Below are positions 45,117 through 54,332 of a stretch of 54,332 bases of DNA, one piece after another (positions within the stretch are counted from its first letter, which is position 1; each line of letters opens with the position of its first letter). The DNA lies in the NCBI RefSeq assembly GCF_000485595.1, contig NW_014577087.1, positions 892,933 to 947,264 of the forward strand, written 5' to 3'. The notes beneath the pieces were generated by a model, which was not told the DNA's origin, made no database searches, and saw nothing but the letters and a program-made list of their open reading frames with translations. This DNA is from Priapulus caudatus. Lineage: Eukaryota. The position numbers and the translations under genes are program-made.

Positions 45117-47800
45117 TGCCGGAAATCGTCGGCGCGATGCTGCGAACAAAATGAAAGCATTGTAGCATCAGATTTAAACATCACACGTGCGTCGGGCCCC
45201 GCGCCGCGACTTAGTTTGAAGCGATGAGAACGGCCGGGAAAAAAATATTTCTTTGTCAGGTCAACGGGCCCGAGCACCTGAGCGCCATACTGCACGTACA
45301 TTAATATCGGCGGCATAGCGGGGAATCCACGGGCGGTAAAGCTGCCGAGCAAGCGTGAATATTAATAGACCGGATTTTACAAGCCACAATTTGCTGTCAG
45401 CATGCCCGGCTCTCGGGTTTGAACGTATAAGAACGGACCCGAAAGAACAATTATCTTTGGCAGTCATTATGCGGACGACGCGGAGATAGCGCCATTCTTC
45501 AATGAACATTAGCATGTAGGCTGGGCATTCGTGGCGCGATGCTGCGTAGCAAAAAGTGAAGCATGTAGATCAGATTTTACCATGCAACAAGTGCTGTCAG
45601 CCTGCCCGCTTCCAGGTTTGAATATAAAGAACGACCGAAGAAAATTTTCTTGTCAGTCAACGGCGACGACGGCAAAGCGCCATTTCCATTAAACATTTAG
45701 CAATAGGCTGGGAATCGTGGCGCGATGCTGCGACAAAAGGAAGCATGTAGATCAAATTTTACCATGCACCACGTGCGTCGGCCCCGCCCGACCGAACTTA
45801 GTTTAAACGTATGTGAGAAACGACCGAAGAAACATTCTCTTCGGCATTCAACGGCTGACGCGACGCAACAAGCGCCAATCTGCAGCACTAATATCGGCTA
45901 GAGGGGAAACCCAAGGGCTGTTGAAGCTTGCGAGCAAAACGTGAATATTATAGACCGGATTTGACCCAGCACAAGTTGCTGTCAGCCTGCCCGGCTTCCG
46001 GTTTGAACGTATACGAGCGGCGAAAAAAGGTCTACACAAACAAAGGTTTACAGCCGCTACTGATTAAAAGTTATTAGCGGAAAGCTATGAGATAGTCCCC
46101 TAACCATTTTAAATGTTACTATTCATTCCACAAATATAAAACTCCTCTGTCCGTGAGATATTGCGCAACTGCGCTAACACACTAATGTTAGCCAGATTGT
46201 CTGTTACTGGCTAGTATACGCACCGGGACCTTACATGCCAAGGCGTTTCCACCTTTTCTTAAATTGAATTGTTCTACTGATGGATGGTCATCATTATAAC
46301 ATGTATGCTGGATAACTCCTCTATCATTTTTAGCATGCATAAACTTTTGCACAATGACGGATTTTCTTTGCGTGAGATCATTGCGCGATGCTGCGCGCAC
46401 CGTGTTAGGCTGTGCAGTGCCTCTGAGGAAACCTTCATAATATAGCTTCGCTGCGGGGAGATTGGGGATGCGAGACTGACGAAAGGCGGCAAGCGAAGAT
46501 AGCTGGGGGCCGATATAGGAAGAGAAGAAGGAGATAGAGCGAGGGGACAGGGCGGCAGGGGGGTAAGGAGCGCGAGGGCAATAAAGTACGGTGTTTTGTA
46601 CCCTCAATATGCTAGGGCGCTTCACTAATTTAATAAAGAAGGGTTACTGATAAAAGTTTATATAGCAGAAATCTATGCTGAGAATATCCCCTAACTATTT
46701 TAAACTGTATATATCATCACACAATATAAGCTCTCTGGTGAGATATGCGCCATGCCGCCAACACAATTAACGTTAGCCAGGATTGTCTACTAGCTGGTAT
46801 ACGCACGGCGGGGGACCATTACATGCCAAGTCTTACTCCTATTTTATTAAATAATGATCAACCTGACTAGAATGTTAGTCTATAAATCTCATGCTTAGGA
46901 TAACTCCTCTTCATTTTAAATGCATAATCTTTGCACACTGCACAATAGCGATTTCTTCTCGGGAGATATTGCTGCATGCGCTGCGCACCGATGTTTAGGG
47001 GAAGTAGCAATTGCCCGTCTGAAGAAAACCTCATAATAGTAGCTTTTTTCTGCGGAGACGCGAGGGGTATGCGGACACTGAAAGAAAAGACGGCAGGAAA
47101 AGATCTAAGCTGGGGAGATAGAAGAAGAGGGACAGGCTGAGCGATGGATCAGGACGGGGTGGTACGGGACGCGAGGGGATAAAGTAGGTGTTTTGTACCC
47201 TACCACGCTAGGGCGGTCTACCCTAATTATAAACAGCAGGATCTATGTAAAAGTCTCATGAGGGAGATCCTATGCGGAGTACCCTCTAACCATTTTAAAG
47301 CATATTCCATCACAAATTATAATCCTACTGCCTTGTGAGATATGCGCATGCGCTAACCATAACGTCAGCAAGTGGTGTTTGTTACTGGCTGCCGTAGTAT
47401 CGCAGCGGGGACCTTACATGCAAGGTGATTCCTCCTAATTTCTTAAATGATGATAACTGATAGAATGGCTAATCACTATAATCTAATGCTAGGAATAACT
47501 CCACTTCTTCTACAATGCATAATCTTTTGCAAAAATACGATGCTGGATCTCGGTGGATATTGCGCATTGACACGCGCACCGTGTTAGGCATGACCAGTAC
47601 CGTCTGAGAGCAAACTTTTAATATAGCTTGCAGAGGGGGAGAAGGAATGGGAGATGAGGAAAGGCGGCAGGGAAGCATAGATGATGGGCGGTATAGAAGA
47701 CACAGAAGGAGGCTGAGCGAGGGACAGGGGGAGGCAAGGCGTAGGACGCGGAGGGCATAAAGTTAGGTGTTTGTACTTACTATGTAGAGCGCTCTCCTTA
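45117..47800. repeat. Noisy composite satellite: 180-bp units (~45117-46050), then ~540-bp units (~46060-47800)
   Basis: Same order and motifs as 13320-15060, with many indels. Confidence 0.8.
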
Positions 47801-47803
47801 AAT

Positions 47804-48488
47804 AGCATGTTACTCAAACGTGTACGTGAGCACGCCGGCCACCGTAACCTAGCACTTGACTCCGTCATGCACCGCGTAGAGTTTTACAAGAAGCGTGGAT
47901 TCACCGTCGAGTCGTTCATGACTGAGCTACGATACTACTCAGTCGATCACGCCAAGCTTGCAGCATCCCTGAAGCTGGAAGATGATGCCAATATCATAGT
48001 GAAGCCATACAGCGAGGAGATGCTGCAAGCTGTACTCGACTACGACAAGTCCATCGCTGGGCAGGACCGCGGAGACTACCTGCGTCCCTGTTTACAGGCT
48101 TATAAGAAGCTGGTGTTTGTTGCAACAGATGCTGAAGGCAAGCTAACAGGTTATGTCGTTGCCATCAACATGACTGGGGAAGTGAGTTACGGCATCTTCC
48201 CACTCTACGGGGACACGGAACAGGTACAGAGTGATCTGATGAGGCAGGTGTTAATGGCCCTGCCGAATGGATCAAAGATCACTTTCTATACACCTGACAA
48301 CAACGCGCCTGTGGCAAGGATGATAGAGGCACTAGTGATAGAGGCACTAGTGTGGCAAGGATGATAGTGGCAAGGATGATAGAGCTAAGACTGTGCTAAA
48401 TTCAAAGCGACTGTACACGAAGCACGAAGTAAAGCTACCATTTAAAAAGGTCGGGTCTGTTCTTAATTATGTTGCCTTCGGAATCTAG
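47804..48488 (+). pseudogene. GNAT copy I: inverted, 5'-truncated exon 2 with internal micro-duplications
   Basis: SMLLKRVREHAGHRNLALDSV...YTPDNNAPVARMIEAL is followed by repeated GTGGCAAGGATGATAG / TGATAGAGGCACTAG blocks giving a stop at 48362-64, then resumes as KRLYTKHEVKLPFKKVGSVLNYVAFGI*. The 5' end is fused to satellite. Confidence 0.8.
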
Positions 48489-49903
48489 CGCAAGAAGATC
48501 TTTTAATCTGGCTATCATATTAATGATTTTAGAGTTAGTGGTAATTCTGCAATCAACTACTCCGAAACGCAAAGAAATACAACTTGCCATCTTGGTCAAA
48601 AAGATGGTCACATATGCTCATTGGGCATCAACGTTAAACAGCATCAACATCAAGTCAGAATCTTTGGCGGGTGGTAGCCGCGATACCACAATCCCTAACA
48701 AATATCAAAATTATGTAAATATCTAGAATACGCGTACAGTTTGTTATAACATTCGTTGAACCGATGACGTAGTGCTGATGCAATCGCGATTGAGTTAAGC
48801 AACTTAACTGCACTTAAATAAAACGAGTTGCTCTCAGAATTTCAGACGGTGCCCTTCCACTTCTTTAGGAATTAACTACGTGCTATCACGCTGTATAGGT
48901 GATACAGAGATAATGGGTAAGCACTCGTTTAATCTAGTTTGCTTATTTACTTTAATGTTATAACTCCTTCAATTCTTGCATCGTTCCTAAATACAGCGAA
49001 GCCATTGGGTTGCAAAGTCACTCCGTCAGTCGGTTGGTAACGAACCAGGTCACCGGGCACCTCCTTGTTTAATTTGTAATTAATTATTTTTTAATTGGTA
49101 TTTTTGTTCTCTTCTGCTGTGGCCTTCTTCTGGTAGACGTGTATGGTGTACCGTTTCTTGACCTTTGACCGCCTTTCCAAGGATTGATTTTCTGTTGCCC
49201 CGTAGTCAACAGCTTTACTCCTACGCACACAGGCACATACGCTCGGCCACGCACACATACACAGACACAACGGCAGTCAGGTTTATTTTATTGTATTAGG
49301 CAATAGATGGCGCCACATTCGTGCACGACTTTTCGGTAGAAACATTTTCATTGCTAGGTACGAGCATAGAGGGAGGGATACTGGCGACATTGCACTACAC
49401 TAATTACAGTTGTACCCGTATCTGACAACTTGATAGATCGCAGGCGTCGTTCGCAAATACTAGTTGTGGTTTTTGTTTTTTTCGAGGCAGGTACTATACG
49501 CGCTACACATACACGTTTCGGTGCACCTCGGGTGTATTCGAATAATTTCGCAGGTAAAAGTTACAGATCGAGCACAGGCACTTGGAGCGTTTTNNNNNNN
49601 NNNNNNNNNNNNNNNNNNNNNNNNNNNNNNNNNNNNNNNNNNNNNNNNNNNNNNNNNNNNNNNNNNNNNNNNNNNNNNNNNNNNNNNNNNNNNNNNNNNN
49701 NNNNNNNNNNNNNNNNNNNNNNNNNNNNNNNNNNNNNNNNNNNNNNNNNNNNNNNNNNNNNNNNNNNNNNNNNNNNNNNNNNNNNNNNNNNNNNNNNNNN
49801 NNNNNNNNNNNNNNNNNNNNNNNNNNNNNNNNNNNNNNNNNNNNNNNNNNNNNNNNNNNNNNNNNNNNNNNNNNNNNNNNNNNNNNNNNNNNNNNNNNNN
49901 NNN

Positions 49904-49919
<16 letters not shown>

Positions 49920-49936
<17 letters not shown>

Positions 49937-50430
49937 CATATATATATTACAATTGTATTATGCAATACAACTTATTCTGTAATAGATTCGCATTGAATGT
50001 CGGAAATCATGCGTGCTCTAGTAATATCATGAGTCAATAATAACAAATAAAATGATTAAATTTTAAAATTAAATTTGTTATGATTTACTCCTTGTACTAT
50101 GATCGCGATTGTGATTATCTTATATATACATACATATATATATTACAATTGTATTATGCAATACAACTTATTCTGTAATAGATTCGCATTGAATGTCGGG
50201 AATCATGCGTGCTCTAGTAATATCATGAGTCAATAATAACAAATAAAATGATTAAATGTTAAAATTAAATTGGTTATGATTTACTCCTGGAACTATGATC
50301 GCGATTGTGATTATCTTATTATTGTGATTGTGGTTATCTTATTATTGTGATTGTGGTTATCTTATTATTGTGATTGTGATTATCTTATTATTGTGATTGT
50401 GATTGCGATTGTGATTAGTTTGTGATTAGC
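49920..50430. repeat. ~200-bp direct duplication followed by a 21-bp minisatellite (TTGTGATTGTGGTTATCTTA-like)
   Basis: 49920-50120 is repeated at 50121-50320, followed by tandem TTGTGATTGTG(G/A)TTATCTTATTA units to ~50430. Confidence 0.8.
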
Positions 50431-51464
50431 CGGATCCGACCTCCGATCCAGATACTGGCGCCTCGCACATCGTTCACGCGCAGCTGCGTTGATGGGTTTA
50501 GACGCGTCACCGTTCTCTCGCAATTACTCGAAACTTGTGTCGGCCTTTTGACTTCCTTGAACTGCGCTACTGGAAGAATCATGGCTAGAATCCTCAGCTG
50601 ACAGAAGCATGCGTCTTTAGAACCTTGAGAGCGGTGCTCGATGCGGTTGGATAGGTAGACAATATGTACTGTGTAGCGTTAGCTATTGCCATCAGATTAT
50701 TCATTGCCTCTTATCTCTTATATCGACTCCTTTTACCTCTTAATCAGATGTAACTTCGCGGGTTCCGTATATCCACGACGTACAACCCCGAGCCCTACCT
50801 CTCACCCACCGCGCGACCTTGCAGATGGCTTTACGATGAAATAGTTTAACGCCGTCTGTTTTCGACAAAGCAATAGACGTAGAAGTGATTGGCCGTAAAG
50901 TTGCGGAGAATGTGACGCGACCGAGAGCGATGAGAGGAGACGTGAAATCACTGAAGTACTTAATAAGGTTGAGCAGGGCCCTGGCCTACATAGGAGGGTG
51001 GTGCGGGTGGTGGGTGCGAGCGTGAGCAATCCATAGAAAAATAAAAGAAATGCGCCGAATAAATGTGCAAATAACCCTCAAATGTATATATTAAATAGAA
51101 AGATAATATGGTAATATTATATAAGTAGCTAAAGCTAAAAGTATAAAAGAGAAAAACTATTCCAAAATGTACTCGTCTTGTCGTGCGTGCGGCTGATTTC
51201 TTAACTGAAACCTGTAAAAATGTATTTCCCAGTAATAACTCTTTTGGATGCCCCGCTAGGAATTCGCAAAGTCTAGCTATGCCCCAGCTGGCTGACCCGA
51301 TACAGCATTATGATGTTTGTGTGATCTACATCAAGTGCTTGCAATAATATTTGGTAATATATTATATATACCTGTCGCGCTCACGTTTCCGGCTTAATTA
51401 TAGCGAGTATTATAAGAAGATATAGTAGTTGTCCTCAATTGCTATAAGATCTGGNNNNNNNNNN

Positions 51465-51544
<80 letters not shown>

Positions 51545-51549
51545 GTGTA

Positions 51550-53127
51550 TCCCGCTGCGTATACCAGCCAGTACACAATCTGGCTACGTTAGGCGTTAGT
51601 GTGTTAGCGCATGCGCAATATCTCACCAGAGGAGTTACATTTTGTGATGAATATGCAATTAAAATGTTAGGGGGTATTTCCGCATAGATTTCCCTAATAA
51701 ACTTTTATCAGTAGACCTGTGTTTATAATTAGGAGAGCGCCCTATCATGTAGGGTACAAAACAACTACTTTATGCCCTCGCGTCCTTCCCCTCGCCTCCC
51801 CTGTCCCTCGCACAGCCTCCTTTTTCTTTTACCGCCCCCAGCTATCTTCCCTACCGCCTTTCCTCAGTCTCCCATCCCCTCTGTCCCTCAGCAAGCTATA
51901 TTATGAAGTTGTCCTCAGACGGCAATGCACGCCTAAAACGGTGCGCGCGCATGCGCAATATCTCCCGAGAGAAATCGTATTGTGCAAAGATTATGCATTT
52001 AAAATAAAGAGGAGTTATCCTAGCATAGATTTATATGATGACATTCTATCAGTTTACATCATTTAAGAAATAGGAGGAACACCTTGCATGTAAGGTCCCA
52101 GCTGCCTATACCAGCCAGTACACAATTTGGCTACGTTAGTGTGTTAGCGCATGCGCAATAACTCACCAGAGGATTTATATTTTGTGATAAATATGCATTT
52201 AAAACGGTTAGGGGGTATCTCAGCATAGATCTCCCTAATAAACTTTTATCAGTAGACCTGTGTTTATAATTAGGAGAGCGCCCTAGCATGTAGGGGACAA
52301 AACACCTACTTTATGCCCTCGCGTCCTACCCCTTGCCTCCCCTGTCCTTCGCTCAGCCTCCTTCTTCTTCTATCTCCCCCAGCTATCGTTCCTGCCGCCT
52401 TTCATCAGTCTCGCATCTCCTCTCCCCCGCAGCAAGCTATATTATGAGGTTTTCCACAGACGGCAATGCAAGCCTAACACGGTGCGCGCGCATGCGCAAT
52501 ATCTCCCGTGAGAAATCGTATTGTGCAAAGATTATGCATTTAAAATAAAGAGGAGTTATCCTAGCATAGATTTATATGATAACATTCCATCAGTTGACAT
52601 CATTTAAGAAATAAGAGGAACACATTCTATGTAAGGTCCCCGCTGCGTATACCAGCCAGTACACAATCTGGCTACGTTAGTGTGTTAGCGCATGCGCAAT
52701 ATCTCACCAGAGGAGTTATATTTTGTGATGAATATACATTTAAAATGGTTAGGGGATATCTCAGCATAGATTTCCCTAATGAACTTTTATCAGTAGACCT
52801 GTAAACCTTTGTTTGTGTAGACCTTTTTTCGGCCGTTCGTATACGTTCAAACCGGAGCCGGGCAGGCTTACAGCACTTGTGCTTGGTAAAATCCGGTCTA
52901 TAATATTCACTTTGCTCGCAGCTTCACGCAATGTGTTCCTCGCTATGCCGATATTAATGTACGTGCAGATGGCGCTCGTGCGTCGGGCACCGTTGACTGA
53001 CAAGAGAATTTTCTTCGGCCGTTTTCATACGTTCAAACTAGTCGCAGGCGGTCCGACGGCACGTGTGTATGGTTAAATCTGATCTACATGCTTCACTTTG
53101 TTCGCAGCATCGCGCCACAATTCCGCA
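51550..53127. repeat. Inverted copy of the composite satellite: ~545-bp units (51550-52800), then 180-bp units (52800-53127)
   Basis: The anchor CCC.GCTGC.TATACCAGCCAGTACAC occurs at ~51551, 52097 and 52639; this is the reverse complement of the 14-16.8-kb units. Confidence 0.9.
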
Positions 53128-53186
53128 GCACGAGGTGAAACTACAATTTGAAAAAGTCATATCTGTTCTTAATCTGGATATCTTCT
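53128..53186 (+). pseudogene. Terminal fragment of a C-type GNAT exon 2 (HEVKLQFEKVISVLNLDIF)
   Basis: GCACGAGGTGAAACTACAATTTGAAAAAGTCATATCTGTTCTTAATCTGGATATCTTC is the reverse complement of ~24927-24985. Confidence 0.8.
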
Positions 53187-54332
53187 TGTGTGTGTGTGTG
53201 TGTTACTCTCGCTAGCTGGCCCTGAGACGCAGTGAGGTGTGTCGGCGGAGGGTTCCTGCTGCCTGGGGCACGCACGTACCAGATGTTCTACTGTTTCACT
53301 ACGACATTACCCGCAGTTTTGTACGTTTCCATTTATATACCACTTGTCAAGGTATGATATTCAGCTGCACTCGTCGAATTCCGCCGCTCTCCGTTCCTCG
53401 CCGTCAGAAACGATATACGTACGTGTCAGTGTGTGTGTGCGTGCGTGTGTGCAGCAATCTCGAGCTTTCGTGCGAGGAGACTGTGAGAGCGATGAGGTGC
53501 GTGCATGTACTCCCGTGCGGACATTGCGATGTAGGGATGTGTTAACCTGCCAGACTTCCGCCAATGAGTTTACACCGTCGGATTAGGATACTGTAAGCAT
53601 AAGTAAGTACATAAAAGGATAATCAGCTACTGGTGTTGTCGTGGAGGCACGAGCAGGTCTATCAGGTATAGCTCTGTGCATGTAATGGCTATATACACGT
53701 GGTTCTTTAGCCTAGCTGCGTTTAGTTTCATAAATACGTAATGTCGCTAGATGATTGGTTGGAATGTGCTGAATGAGAGCACGTCGCCTTCTGTTACAAG
53801 AGTGTGCGCGAATAATGACACGTTTTGCTGCCAACGACTTCCTGTCTGTAAGGTGTGCGTTACTGTGTACAGCCGCGTATACTGCAGACAGACGCTCCTG
53901 AATTCAGACACTGTGTGAAGATGAAGATATAATTCACTAACTGTATTGAAATTGACTTTATATTGCGGAGTGGCCGCTGACTTGAAGACTGTATACAGTC
54001 AATTCGCCCTCCCTCGCTGCGTTTATCGTTGTGACATTTATCATGCATTTATGTAACCATGTAAATTTTGAAAGCGTAAATAAATTTCAAAATCTAAAAT
54101 CTGTATGTTAATGACAGGAGCAAGATATACATCAGGAATATCAATATGCTGTTAACTAGAACTCATATTGATGTGTATAGTTCGATAGTTCGTTATCATT
54201 AGATAATAAAAAATAATTAAAAGTGAGTGGATTCAAATTAATTGAGATTGTACATGTATTTCAATCGAATTGGATCGTACCTGGCTGACTTCTAGCTCTA
54301 GCACTATAGCCCCTCGCTCTGCCACAGGGGCG

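Noticed and set aside
49430..50040. ORFs of 130-190 aa (also at 15817-16248 and 26232-26527)
   Set aside because: They are open only because of N-runs and (TA)n.

Overview
Eukaryotic (animal-like, probably invertebrate) genomic DNA from a gappy draft assembly, with GT-AG introns, (TG)n/(TA)n microsatellites and many transposon relics. The main feature is a tandem array at about 20-48.5 kb of two-exon genes encoding ~300-aa tandem-GNAT (YitH/holothin-acyltransferase-like) N-acyltransferases. It holds two clearly intact genes (A, B), one probably intact gene (F), orphan intact exons (D exon 2, G exon 1) and several pseudogenes or fragments (C, E, H, I). The paralogues are patchwork mosaics of one another, and first exons appear to have been replaced or shuffled. 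The array carries CA...TG-ended inverted-repeat insertions (8-bp TSD MITEs and 33-75-bp micro-palindromes with 7-bp TSDs). It is flanked by a composite satellite (180/186-bp units plus ~535-545-bp units) that is fused to a GNAT 3' end three times. The first 11 kb is a nest of MITEs, a decayed Ty3/gypsy-type element with an IADD RT motif, and a DIRS-like gag/RT cut by a gap. About 10.85-14.2 kb, 35.6-39.5 kb and parts of 42-47.8 kb look like error-rich long-read gap-fill copies of other parts of the window, so copy number is uncertain. No RNA genes or CRISPR arrays were seen. Family assignments come from motif recognition; no database searches were run.
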